Shown here piece after piece: positions 11,837 through 23,085 of a stretch of 64,000 nucleotides of DNA. Every line of letters starts with the position of its first letter. The first letter of the stretch is position 1. The stretch lies in NCBI GenBank assembly GCA_963833425.1, contig CAWHXP010000009.1, forward strand, positions 32,001-96,000. The letters run 5' to 3'. The translations under genes and the position numbers were made by a program. Source of the stretch: an uncultured Methanosarcinaceae archaeon (GTDB taxonomy: Archaea > Halobacteriota > Methanosarcinia > Methanosarcinales > Methanosarcinaceae). The notes under the pieces are model-generated. The model was not told the DNA's origin, searched no databases, and saw only the letters and a program-made list of their open reading frames with translations.

Positions 11837-12241
11837 GTGATTACTATGAATTATAAAAAAGATTTAGCTATTCGGTGTAAAGAAAATTTGAATTCGTTAT
11901 CGGACGAATATATGCTTGAAATAACTGATGCCAGTTTTAGGCATATAGATGAAGTACTAATATCATTGTATGAAATATTAGACAATTATTTATCTCAAAT
12001 AAACGTTCTTCGGGAGCCTAAAATGTTTGCAGCACTTAGTTCTAAAACACTAAAAGTGGCTACATTATCAGATTTGGTCACTAAAAGTGCAGAAGAATTT
12101 GAATCCTTAGACATTCTCAAAGTGTTACTCGAGGGTAAGACAGTGCATAATATTTTCCAAGAAGGGGATTCTGTGAAAATCGAGATGCTTGGAGATAATG
12201 CATTGAAGATTTCCGGTGAACGACCTAGAGAAAATGAATAA
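11837..12241 (+). CDS. Hypothetical protein of the element core
   Basis: 134-aa ORF with AAGGTGA RBS before ATG 11846, followed by a hairpin. Confidence 0.55.
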   Translation: MITMNYKKDLAIRCKENLNSLSDEYMLEITDASFRHIDEVLISLYEILDNYLSQINVLREPKMFAALSSKTLKVATLSDLVTKSAEEFESLDILKVLLEGKTVHNIFQEGDSVKIEMLGDNALKISGERPRENE

Positions 12242-12266
12242 AGGTAACAAAAATTGAGAGATTTGA

Positions 12267-12296
12267 GCCCAGGACAGATTGAGCCCTGTCCTAGGC
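12267..12296. terminator. Stem-loop after the 11.2-12.2 kb genes
   Basis: gcccaggacag-attgagcc-ctgtcctaggc, 11-bp stem with one mismatch. Terminator function is inferred from position. Confidence 0.35.
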
Positions 12297-12961
12297 AATT
12301 CAGATCGTCATCTCCAATGACTGAACTATTATTAATTATACTTTCATAGTTAATAATAATATCTTATTCAAATGATGGTTCTGATGCTAAGGGTTCTGTT
12401 GTTCTCTTCGAATTCAAGGGGGAATAAAACCCATGAAATATTCTGCGTATAAACAAAGTGGTATTAGTGTTTTTTATCACAATTTTGATAGTACCAGATT
12501 TCAAATTACTTACAATTCTCTCGTCACATCCGCAGATGGACACAGAGACAAGGTGCTTAGTCAAATTAATAATTTGTTTTATTATTGGCATAGACAGAGT
12601 TGTTCTAGACATACCGATACTTATAACCCGTGGCGTCTTCCAGAAGAACCAGAGAATTGCTCGAGAGCAGATATTACGAGATCTTGTCGCTTGGGAGTGG
12701 GATTTTGATGCCAAGTTTCTCCGATCTGGAATATTTTTTTAGTAGTAGGCAGAGACCTACGACTCATCATCTCTATGAATTCCATATGGAACCTAAGAGA
12801 TGTTGGGAAGAGCAACAGGATAGAGGATGAATGAATTTTGATTCTCTTGATATGGTTTATTCTGAAAGAAGTAGACAAAACATCAGGCATTTCATAAATT
12901 TAAAACGAGCACCTGATCAGTCCTTTTCCAATGTATCGGTTACGGATCTACAGTTTGAAGG

Positions 12962-15210
12962 ATGGCTGAAAAGATGAGTTCTGAACCTACAATGCTTGAA
13001 GCTGCATTAAATTACACAAGGTTAGGAATGATAGTACATCCTTTGATAAATCCCAATGCACCTGAGATAAACCCTAAAACAGGGGGAAAACAGAGCCCAG
13101 GTAAAGGAGTTTTGGTAAATGACTGGCAAAAAAGGGAAAGTGCCTTAACGGAAAGAGAAATAGAAAAATATTGGGGATCTAGTAGGAGTTTTTACTTTGA
13201 GAATGCAAACATTGGCTTGCAATGCGGGAAAAGATCAGGTCTTATTCTAATCGATCTGGACGACTGGAATCCTGCAATATGGAACGAACTCACAGCTGGA
13301 TTAAACACAGATAATTGGTTGATGTCGAAAAGGACAACGAACCGGGGACATATCTTCTTTAAATACACCGAAGCTCTGAAAGCTCAAAAAACATCACGAT
13401 TTAGGCATAGAAATTTTAACAAATGGCAATAATGCAGTCCTACCCCCAAGCAAGCATAAAAACGGGCAGATTTACTCATTTAATAGGGAAATCAGGACAC
13501 TTGAAGATGCCCCAGAAATGCCTGAAAAACTCATAAACAGGCTTATAGCCCTATTTGGAACCAATAATAAGTTAAAAGTGATTTTGCAAAAGTGCAAGCC
13601 CTGTCTACGTGAAAAATTCAAAGCCCATCAAGAAAGTCCGAATATCACAGAATTGCATACCAGCACAGGCAGACAGTTAACTCTGGCACTTATGGCAGAT
13701 ATGAAGGCTAATGGTGCAGACCCTGAAATTTTACACCTTGCCTGTAAATACCTTTTTAGAGATGATTACACACAGTCACAAAGTGATTCTGAACTAGGTG
13801 GAGACGGATGCAAAATAAAAAGCCCTTGGAAATGTGAAACTATCCAGAGAGAGTTAGGAAGCATTACACTTGCTGATGACCTTAACTCAAAATGTGATAA
13901 TTGCACTTTCAGAGGCCAGAATAAACAGATATATAGCCAGAAGAAATCCGAACAAGAAGTTCAAAAAGATAATCCCCTAAACATAGACTATGATGAAATG
14001 GACCTTAGCCCAGAACTTATCCAGCATGCAGATGAAGAATCAGATCGGGTATTGAGAGAAGGCGACCCGATAGACTATATATTGAACACAATCGCAAAAA
14101 AGCATATAGGGGACCGAAGATACACAAGAAGCGATATGTGTCTCAATAGCCTGTCAGTGTTGTCTTAATACTGCAGGCTTGCAAATATCAGTAAATGGAG
14201 CTTCAGGCTCTGGTAAATCACACGGAATAAAAACACATCTACATTTAATTCCCAAAAAATGGAAACGTGTAACCGGATTAAGCGCGAAGGCTGCTTACTA
14301 CATGAATTTAGCTCCAGGTATCATTATTTTTTCGGATGACAAGGATCCTGACCCTGCATTTGAAGAAGTCATAAAACAAGCTACAACAAACTTTCAGGAA
14401 GAAACTTACTACACAACCGTTAAAGATCAAAAACAAATATCTCTGGTAATTCCACCCCGTATAAATTGGTACTTAACGAATGTGGAAAGCTTTGTATCAG
14501 ATCAATTATCAAAGCGTCAACTCACCTTTGATGCAGACAGCAATCCCGAGCAGAAAAAAAGGATATTTGATGCGCAGAAACACGAAGCTGCGAATGGTGG
14601 GAACGGGCAGGAAATAAACACTGAAGTACTTATATGTAGACGAATGTTTGGAAAACTTAAACAGAATTTATTTAATGTTAAAATACCCTTTGTGGATAGG
14701 ATAAATCTACATGATATGAATAATTCACGCATATTTCCAATGTTCCTTGATATGATTCGCGGTTTTGCTGCCTTCAAATGGGAGCAGAGAATCTTTGACG
14801 ACGGTGGATATTTACTAGCTGAGATTGAAGACTTCGAAAGGGCAAAAAGGTTATTTGAAGCTCAAAAAGAGAACACAGTAACAAAAATTAACGAAAATGA
14901 GAGACGGATAATCCAATATATAGCGAGTAAAGGGAAATGCACAATTAATGATATATCGAGTTACACAGGCATTAATTACCAATCCGTTAAACGCGCTCTA
15001 TTTGGAAGAAAAGATAGGGAAGTGGGTGGGCTTCTTGACAAGATCAAAGAGTTAAAAATGGACGAAGAAACTGATATAGACTACAAAAGGGCAGGAGATA
15101 CCTTGATAAGCAGTAGTGGCAGGAAGGCTTTTAAATTCAGTATAGATAACTCAAAGTTCAATTTCTGGTCACTATTTGATAAGGAGTTTATCTTCCTGAA
15201 GGATGCCTGA
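12962..15210 (+). pseudogene. Fused Prim-Pol primase / P-loop helicase replication protein, split by two +1 frameshifts
   Basis: N-terminus ANIGLQCG..LILIDLD..RGHIFF (Prim-Pol). Dropping one A of the A6 run at 13386-13391 continues HHDLGIEIL..NAVLPPSKH into ORF 13518. Dropping one base near 14115 continues EDTQEAICVS..GLQISVNGASGSGKS (Walker A). C-terminal wHTH-like region. Confidence 0.85.
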
Positions 15211-15237
15211 TTAGGGTATGAAGTCAACTGATCCTTT

Positions 15238-15534
15238 TATTCCCCTAAAATTCCCATTTATCCCAAAATATTCCCGTTTTATTCCCATTGAAACGTAATC
15301 AGTTGACATTTTGTTCCCAAAAACCCGAAAATGCAAGAGAGAAATAGAAAATTACACTTTTTGACATTCTAATATTTCGGCTATTACTTTAAAATATCAT
15401 ATATCATTTTTTTATTTTGGGAACATAATTCCCCTTTTTATTATGATTTTAATTCCCCTGTTATTGTTTTTATATTATTTTTAATGGGAATATAATGGAA
15501 AAATAACAGGAATAATTGGGAACTTTGGGGAATA
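15238..15534. other. Putative replication origin: inverted TTCCC/GGGAA iteron arrays
   Basis: Five TCCC units at ~10-11 bp spacing (15240-15286) mirrored by five GGAA units (15486-15532), an inner tgttcccaaaa/ttttgggaaca pair and AT-rich spacers. Lies immediately after the rep gene. Confidence 0.7.
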
Positions 15535-15796
15535 TAATAGTGGAAGACTTGCTTCTAATATGAAATATACATAACGAACAGGGTTAGCCTTAATATCACA
15601 TTTTTGTCTGTTATATTTTTAAAATTTCCCCGTTTAAACTTCTTCCATCAAAATTTTCTACATAACCAGCTATTCAAGCATCAAAATAGTATCAATAACC
15701 ATTGCAATTACTAAGTGATAATAAAGCATAAATACTAATAAATAGTATATAGTAGCGTAGTTTTTTGAAACTTGACTGGCTGGTAGATTGGATAAT

Positions 15797-15945
15797 ATGA
15801 AAGGTGGTAAAACAAGATTCCAACAGAAGTTTACAGAAGATACGTTCCTGAACGCTCTATCAATTGATAGCATAAAGTCTACTGCAACTGTTATTAGGTG
15901 GTAGGATGCAGCAGGTCCACAGCTAAAAACATGCTTTATAAGTGT
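15797..15945 (+). pseudogene. Small HTH-like gene remnant downstream of the putative ori
   Basis: MKGGKTRFQQKFTEDTFLNALS..KSTATVI, then VGCSRSTAKNML in a shifted frame; cut at an IS5-like end (gtgttgtagaaatc). Confidence 0.4.
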
Positions 15946-16417
15946 TGTAGAAATCTATTGCAATGGATAAAACTTTTAGCCAGGTATTTCACCGAGTCAC
16001 TTGTACAGTGGCTGGATTTCCGTTGTCTGTCCATAATTTTCTCTTTATGCAATCCGTTTATCTGATTCAGTCAGTTGAATTTCTCACGATCTGTTTACCA
16101 CACAGTGGGGAAAATGTCTCACGTTTTCTGGGATTTGCCTACCCCCTGATCGGTACAATATCCGAAGTAATTTGATTGATTTAGCGCAGTGCCTTCTGAG
16201 ATAGCTTGATGTCGGCTGTCGATCCAGTTTGTATCAACTGTTACATGGCGTGACCACGATAGAGACATTTACTGCCGGGTTGGCGAGCATCCCGACAGCG
16301 GCTAACTAGCTCCGGAATCACTGTCAATCTACCATATCTGTGAATCTGCAATAAAAACATCGTGTAGAGTTTAGCCATCAAATAGTCGATAAATTGATTC
16401 CTCAACAGGTCATTGGA

Positions 16418-17176
16418 TTAATATTGATCCCTTAGAAATTCGATATCGCTGCGTCGATAGTTTCGTAATAACCAGAGACCATAGATGAAAAGCATCAAAG
16501 AGAACGCAAGCAATGCCAGATCCCAAATGGAATTTGTCAGAAATGACAGGCAATCCCACAACCAATGAATTATGATTACCGGAATAATTGTGTTTAGGCG
16601 AATTCGCAAAGCTGCAGTCCAGATACCAAACGTACATGCAAAAAAAGCCTGAAGGACGCTCGCTCTAAAATCTCCAGTGATTAAGCTATTTAATATATGG
16701 ACTGAACCAAAAATAATCGCTGTGATCCATACTGCACGCCATATCCCAAATGATGAAGAAGCCCCATATAACAATATGCCACGAAACATCAGTTCCTCGT
16801 TGATTCCTACCATCATGGTATTGATGATTACAATCGTAAGAACCCCGAGTGATGGTAGATTGGCATATAAAACAATCAGTAGTATGAATAAAAGCGATAG
16901 AGCTGGGGGCCATAACAAACGTAAATCTCGGAAATTATTTGGGCTTTTCCATCCAACTTGAGGCCACCATCTTAAATAAGTAATAACTCCAGTCAAAAAG
17001 ACAATTTCAACTAGCTCCCCAAACATGATCTGTTTTTCAACTAATCTTTCAAGTTGAATGTGATGCCCCTTAACCTGTAGAAGTCCTCCTACCACTATGA
17101 AACTTAGCCAAACTATAAATATTATCAGTGAAGTAGGCCAAGATTTTCGTGATACATTCATTTTTGTTTTCTCCAA
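16418..17176 (-). CDS. CPBP (CAAX/Abi) family intramembrane metalloprotease
   Basis: Multi-TM protein with EELMFRG, FGSVH and IIHWLWD motifs. Confidence 0.88.
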   Translation of the reverse strand: MEKTKMNVSRKSWPTSLIIFIVWLSFIVVGGLLQVKGHHIQLERLVEKQIMFGELVEIVFLTGVITYLRWWPQVGWKSPNNFRDLRLLWPPALSLLFILLIVLYANLPSLGVLTIVIINTMMVGINEELMFRGILLYGASSSFGIWRAVWITAIIFGSVHILNSLITGDFRASVLQAFFACTFGIWTAALRIRLNTIIPVIIIHWLWDCLSFLTNSIWDLALLAFSLMLFIYGLWLLRNYRRSDIEFLRDQY

Positions 17177-18208
17177 AAGAGACGTAAACCATCATTATCA
17201 TAGATATTTGAGTCATTAGTATCAAATTCAAATCATGAATTGATGTTGTTTTTAGCTTCTTCATTATGTAGTTTGTCTGTCCTGTACAAAAGGTGAAGAA
17301 TATGTTCCATCAACGACATCAAGCCCTAGAACACCTTTGTAGGAGACCATTAGTTTGGTTTATCTATAACATTGTTTAGCCTGAAATGAGTGAAGATCCT
17401 ATGTTGAGTAAAGAGTAGTCAAATGTGATATTCTGCCCTACATCATTTTAAGTTGATGGGAATATTTTTTGACTATTAAACTGCATATTATTCGATTTAA
17501 AGCTTAAAGAGATTCTTTTGATTCTCAAAAACAGTACTCATTTACCTTTTTAGTCAAAATTAATTCTCAAATAAACACTAATTTTAGACATAAATTGACA
17601 AATAAATTCAAAAATAAAAGAAATTAGGGCAGATTTCCAAAAAGGTTATTAGTGGTGTAACTATAAAATAATTTACGATTAAAATGTGGGGTGATGACGG
17701 ACATTGTGTGCGAACCCAAAAAAACTGTCATTACTTGGCCATAGCTCAAGATGCTTTTAGGATCATAACTCAATTTTCTTCTTTTTATTTGCTATCAAGG
17801 TTAATATTTTTCTAGTAGCTAATGAATCGACTTACTCTCAGCTAGTACAGCAAATTTTTTATTCTCTTCTTTTGGATAAACCCTACAATGCTCAATAAAA
17901 TGTCTTAAATTGTTCCACAATCGATCTTCATATATTTTTAATATTCATTTCATTTACAGTGAGTATTGTAATATAGAATCTCAAATTAGCTCTTGAAATC
18001 TCTAATCTAATTTGATGCTCGTTTCTTTTAAATATTCATTGCCTAACGGTAACATAAGTACATATCGACTCGTTCGGCAGCCTATTCGCTCACTTTGTCA
18101 GCGATCCAGGAAACTTCGCGTAGATAAATAACACTGGTTCATTGTTCTGGCCGTTATCTTTTCTCCACTTCTAGCCAAGTTTATACTCCTGCAAAGATAA
18201 ATAAAAAC

Positions 18209-18748
18209 TTATTTTTTCTCGATGATCCCACAGATAACCCGCACGCCACTGTTTCCAGCAGGGTTTGTCATCTCATCATCAGGATCAGCATGGATAACCA
18301 GTGAAGTGCCGTTGGCTGTGAATAGCGTAGTCGGCCCTGATGACAATTTCACAAGGGTGGTGGTGATATTCATATGCCCCATACCATTCTCTCCCACTTC
18401 TAGATTGGGTAAATCACCTGCATGGGGGCCTTTCGGGTTGTTTAGGCCATGTTCTTTGCTCAAAGGATTGTAGTGGTCGCCGGCCGAGATGAACGACGGT
18501 CCAGTGCAATTTCCTTTATTATGGATATGAATGCCATGCAAACCTGGTGTCAGGCCGTTCGCGTTGACGTTGATGTGGACCAGGCCACTAGCATCCTCGG
18601 TAAAGTTAGCCAGCCCCACTGTATCGCCCTTCGCATTTTTCAAGGTAGCTATAGCATCATGTGTGGTACCTTCATAGGCATAGATCGTAGTTGCAGCCAT
18701 CAGCATCGCCGAGGTAATTATTACTAATAACAATCCAGTTTTCATCAA
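18209..18748 (-). CDS. sodC: Cu/Zn superoxide dismutase with signal peptide
   Basis: HGIHIH, GDHYNP, HG..PHAGDL, VIHADPDD and GNSGVRVICG motifs; hydrophobic N-terminus. Confidence 0.93.
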   Translation of the reverse strand: MMKTGLLLVIITSAMLMAATTIYAYEGTTHDAIATLKNAKGDTVGLANFTEDASGLVHINVNANGLTPGLHGIHIHNKGNCTGPSFISAGDHYNPLSKEHGLNNPKGPHAGDLPNLEVGENGMGHMNITTTLVKLSSGPTTLFTANGTSLVIHADPDDEMTNPAGNSGVRVICGIIEKK

Positions 18749-19057
18749 CTATTCCTCTAAAATTTTTCTGCAAATTAGTAATCAGAATTATTTAGTGCAT
18801 CATAATGGACTTCAGACTTCATAGTAGGCAAGAGTCCCAGACACCTAATATAATCAATTACTGGATACATTTTCCCCATCTTGCTAGATCCCTCTGAAAT
18901 AAAATACCTCAAATTCCTGTGCTAATTAGTTATTACAATTTAGGTTTGCGTTGAATTTTGATGCCCACAGTTCCTGTAGCTCCCCTATAGACACTGTAGC
19001 TTCCTTAAAGGCACTGTCACATGCAGTAAGACATACGCGATTGAACTAAGAAATCTA

Positions 19058-19240
19058 TAACTTACGCACTTAAGGATAAAAATCAAGAACAATAGATAGT
19101 TTGGTCAAATTCATTATTCAGACAGTTGAACTGCGTAGATCCTAAAAATCAATAAGCTTTTTAAACCTAAAACTGCCGAAATTATAATATTTTTGGTAGA
19201 TCTATTCACCGTTTATTTTGCTCCTCAAGCACATAAGTCC
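19058..19240. mobile_element. MITE-like element (family B, GGACTTACGCA ends)
   Basis: aacttacgcactt ... aagcacataagtcc; ends match the better-preserved copy at 47552-47665. Confidence 0.5.
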
Positions 19241-19282
19241 TAATGATAAAAGAAATATCTATCATTTTGCAAGATGAAAGAA

Positions 19283-19609
19283 TCAAATTGCTCTACCATT
19301 ATTGCAAAAATACATTATTGTATTTGCATTCTCCAGGCAGTAATCGTCCCAGACAGAGCAGGTTTTACAAATGCAATATCTGTTAGGATCTAAGTCGCTG
19401 CAGGTAGCAGTACCAGATGAACAGTAGACTCCAGGAACCTTGTAAGGCTCTGGAGCTTCATCTTTCCCTAAACTTTTCATTTCATTTTTTAAGTTTCCAA
19501 TTTTATCCAATGTGCACGCACTGTCAACTTGGACAGGACACTGGGGACACATGCATCTTTCGATATTTGTTACAGCATAAGGAACTTTTACTTATCCAGA
19601 TGTACCCAT
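19283..19609 (-). pseudogene. DUF2769-like Cys-rich protein with an early nonsense codon
   Basis: Reads ATG GGT ACA TCT GGA TAA GTA AAA GTT CCT TAT ... TGC ATG TGT, in frame with CPQCPV..YC..C..CICKTC..YFC. Confidence 0.65.
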
Positions 19610-19740
19610 TTCAATCATTTGACTCCCTCTATAAGTTATCTTTATTTAGACTTACTTCACGATAAATATGAAAGTCTTGAAAATCTTTATATGAAACTCT
19701 TCATATGTTCATTTTAAGTTACAGTATACAATTGCCCAGT

Positions 19741-19838
19741 ATTTATTTTAAATTAATTATACAAAAAATAGTTTCTGAATAAAAATTACTTCCCCATAAA
19801 ATGTTTTAAAACCAAAACATAATTTTATATTAATTATG
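19741..19838 (-). promoter_or_regulatory. Conserved ~100-bp promoter module, copy 1
   Basis: Near-identical to 24892-24991 and to the reverse complement of 25233-25329; upstream of the DUF2769-like gene. Confidence 0.65.
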
Positions 19839-20559
19839 TTTTTATTCTACTCGGAGATCCTCGCAAATTTAACATTGAGCTTTTTCCTAGAAAGCATCCA
19901 GAATTCCAGATATAGGAATTTCGAAACAGAATATAGTCAAATTTATTGAAGTTGTGAATATTTCATAAAATCGATACAGAAGGAATTAGCTATACTGTGT
20001 ATGCAGTCCCTACTATATCCTCAAGATTAATACTGCAAAAAAAATTGAAGATAATTTGAAAGACTTTAGGGATTTGCTCTATTTAAGGATGTTAAGCGAA
20101 TAAGTGATGGTGTGGCTTCCAGGCTTCCTTTTGCTCTCAACTATAATATCAGTGTCAATAGCAGACTTTTGCAGGGTTACATAAACACAAAAAAAATGAT
20201 ATTAATTGATTATGTGCAAATTCCAAAATGGGAGTCTTTTATTTAATTAGCTTAGATGGTTTAGTCGATCTTAGATGTAAAAAAAGTTGATCTTTTGAGC
20301 TGCGGGAGAAAAGATGCCTGCAGCCCATAGAAGGATTGGTTGAAGGTAGGGTAGACCTTTGAATTAGAACTAGATTCAATTTATTATATATTTTTTGGAT
20401 ATATTCTAGATAGAATACTCCTTAACTAGTAAGTATTAAACTTTGGACGAAATCTTATTTTAAAATCAAAGTACGCCTATTTAATAATATAATTTATATA
20501 TTTATTAAATAATAAAAGTGTATGAAAAATATCGCGTGTTTACTTACCATGCATCGTAA

Positions 20560-20792
20560 TCTAAATCATGGAAATCAAATTGGTCAAAAACTGACTTAAT
20601 CTGGGGTCACTAGTTAGTATTTTATCGAAAGTAATGAGTGGTAACTATTGCCCTACTTAGAAAACGTCTATAATCGTCTTATAATGGCTCAGATTTGATG
20701 GATATGAATCCCGCTGCAGTGCAGAACGAACGAACTAAATATTAAAATACAAAACAAGCTAATATTATTTGTAAAGAAAAAACGATGAATCT
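20560..20792 (+). repeat. Conserved non-coding block upstream of the terS-like gene, copy 1
   Basis: gacttaa..ctg.g.tcactag and ataatggctca.attt..cccgct..cagaac motifs recur at 31749-31830 (partial) and 41180-41428. Confidence 0.7.
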
Positions 20793-21215
20793 ATGAATCG
20801 CCCATCAAAGCTAACACCTGAAATTCAACAGAGAATCGGTGATAATATTGCACTCGGCTTGACTTATAAGTTGGCTGTCGAATCTGCTTGTGTCACTTAC
20901 AAAACGTTCAATTTTTTGATGACTAAGGGAAAAAATTCAAAATATGGGGAATACATTGAGTTCTATAAATTTATTCAAAAATGCAACGCGGATGCGGCAA
21001 ATAAATGCCTTGAGAAACTAAACGAAGCAGCAAAAGCAGGAAACTGCACGGTGTGTATGTGGATTTTGTCAAGAAGGTTCCATGAAGATTTCGGCAGAAG
21101 ACAATATCGTAAAATGGATGTCGTTTCAGAAAACCTGAATCAGAATGTTAAGATAATTGTCAATGATGCAGATGAAATTAGAGAGATAATTCTAAAAAAG
21201 TTTGCTTTCAATTAA
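20793..21215 (+). CDS. Terminase small subunit-like HTH protein
   Basis: MNRPSKLTPE N-terminus, HTH segment, helical core and WILSRRF.EDFGRR motif resemble phage TerS-like proteins (recognised by eye). Confidence 0.6.
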   Translation: MNRPSKLTPEIQQRIGDNIALGLTYKLAVESACVTYKTFNFLMTKGKNSKYGEYIEFYKFIQKCNADAANKCLEKLNEAAKAGNCTVCMWILSRRFHEDFGRRQYRKMDVVSENLNQNVKIIVNDADEIREIILKKFAFN

Positions 21216-21672
21216 GGAATCAATTTTAGCAAGTTTGTCTCCAACTAACTGAAGACGTTTGTATCCTTCTTTATGAGCAAAAATCAGTAAGAGTTTTTAT
21301 AAATATGAATTGTTATCAAGAGATTTAAACTCTCCAATGCTTAAATGCAGAGGCGTTTATCGAAAATATCTATATTCTTTTCTTCCACACCAAATTCCTC
21401 TTTTCATAAAAGATCCCGTTTCCCTTGTACCATCACTTATAATGAGTCTTTCAATTTTTATAAGTCTCCGTACTAATCGGCTAATCATCATAGCACAAAT
21501 TGGTCCAAGTTTTCGGTGATTGCACTCATGTTGGTCATACTCTTGAATTTGTATTTTCTGTATGCTCTTCAGAAAGACTGTGACTTTTGTGATTTTTCAA
21601 GATGAAAGAGCGGAGCCACCCAAAAAACAGGCGCGTTCAAAATGTTTTCCTCATCCAGGTTAAAAACAAATT

Positions 21673-23073
21673 TTATACTTCTTTATGTGGATATGCCATC
21701 CGATACGGGTCCACGATTCGGTCAAACTCTTCATCCGATATCAGGTTCAAGGCGATATTTGCTTCCTTTAAAGAAGAGTTATGATCATCGGCATAATGGG
21801 CTAGCTGAGATGCTTTGTCATACCCGATTTCTGGGCTCAGTGCAGTTACGAGCATCAGCGATTCCTTTAGGTACTGATCGATCCGCTGTTTGTTTGGTTG
21901 CAGATCCTTAAGCAGATACCGCGTAAAGGTATCGCAGCTATCGGAGATAATTCGAACTGACTGGACGATGTTGAAGATCATCAGCGGCTTGTATACATTC
22001 ATCTCGAGATAACCGCCGGCATTGGCTAAGGAGACAGCATTGTCGTACCCCATTACCTGTACGGCGACCATGGTCATGGCCTCACACTGGGTTGGATTTA
22101 CCTTACCTGGCATAATAGAGGATCCTGGCTCATTGGATGGTATTATCAGTTCGTGTAAGCCGGCCCGGGGTCCGCAGCTCAGGAGCCGAATATCATTAGC
22201 AATTTTATACAACGACGTTGCTAGGACCTTCACTGCCCCACTGGCTGCAGCCAGTGCATCGTGCGATCCCTGCAAAGCAAACTTGTTCGGTGAGGTGATG
22301 AACGGAAACCCTGTAAACTGGCCGATTTTTTTTGCCACCAGAGCATCGAATCCACTGGGGGAATTTAACCCAGTACCGACTGCTGTCCCGCCAAGTGCAA
22401 GTGTATACAAATCATCCCGTGCCCGCCCCAAGCGGCTGATAGCCTCATCTAGCATCGTTACATACCCGGAAAACTCCTGACCCAAAGTGAGGGGAACTGC
22501 ATCCTGCAGATGAGTCCTCCCGATCTTGACTATGGAATCCCAAGCTTCAGCTTTTTGCTTCAGGTCTGTCTGCATGTTTTTCAAGGATGGGATCAGCCGA
22601 TTATTGAAGAGGAAGATGGTGGTGATATGCATCCCTGTCGGGAACGCATCGTTGGAAGACTGCGATTTATTGACGTCGTCGTTCGGATGAATCGGAATTT
22701 TGCTCCCCATCACCCCGCCTGAGAGCTCGATCGCCCGGTTGGAAATGACTTCATTCACGTTCATGTTCGACTGGGTACCACTCCCAGTCATCCAGACGTG
22801 CAGTGGAAAATGGTGGTCCAACTTTCCGCTGATCACCTCATCGGCAACCCGGACGATTAGATCTGCTTTTTCCTTTTCCAGGGTGCCCAGTTCAAAATTA
22901 GTCAGCGCTGCAGCCTTTTTAATAAGGGCGAGTGAATGTATCATCTCGATTGGAATGAGATCATCACCTATTGAAAAATGCATCAACGAGCGTTGTGTCT
23001 GTGCACCCCAGTACCGATCGGCTGGAACCTCGATGCTTCCCATGCTGTCGGTCTCCATCCTCTTATCAGTCAT
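21673..23073 (-). CDS. fumC: Class II fumarate hydratase
   Basis: GSGTQSNMN, KIGRTHLQDA and GSSIMPGKVNP signatures. Confidence 0.95.
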   Translation of the reverse strand: MTDKRMETDSMGSIEVPADRYWGAQTQRSLMHFSIGDDLIPIEMIHSLALIKKAAALTNFELGTLEKEKADLIVRVADEVISGKLDHHFPLHVWMTGSGTQSNMNVNEVISNRAIELSGGVMGSKIPIHPNDDVNKSQSSNDAFPTGMHITTIFLFNNRLIPSLKNMQTDLKQKAEAWDSIVKIGRTHLQDAVPLTLGQEFSGYVTMLDEAISRLGRARDDLYTLALGGTAVGTGLNSPSGFDALVAKKIGQFTGFPFITSPNKFALQGSHDALAAASGAVKVLATSLYKIANDIRLLSCGPRAGLHELIIPSNEPGSSIMPGKVNPTQCEAMTMVAVQVMGYDNAVSLANAGGYLEMNVYKPLMIFNIVQSVRIISDSCDTFTRYLLKDLQPNKQRIDQYLKESLMLVTALSPEIGYDKASQLAHYADDHNSSLKEANIALNLISDEEFDRIVDPYRMAYPHKEV

Positions 23074-23085
23074 CCAAATATCCCC

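Noticed and set aside
12364..12890. Gene between the small-ORF cluster and rep
   Set aside because: Several short overlapping ORFs on both strands; I could not identify a consistent frame or motif.
15942..16390. IS5-like element
   Set aside because: Only one end-like motif (gtgttgtagaaatc) is seen; no convincing transposase translation.
18969..19020. 20-bp tandem repeat (ctgtagct.cc.ta.ag.ca)
   Set aside because: Only about two degenerate copies; no supportable function.
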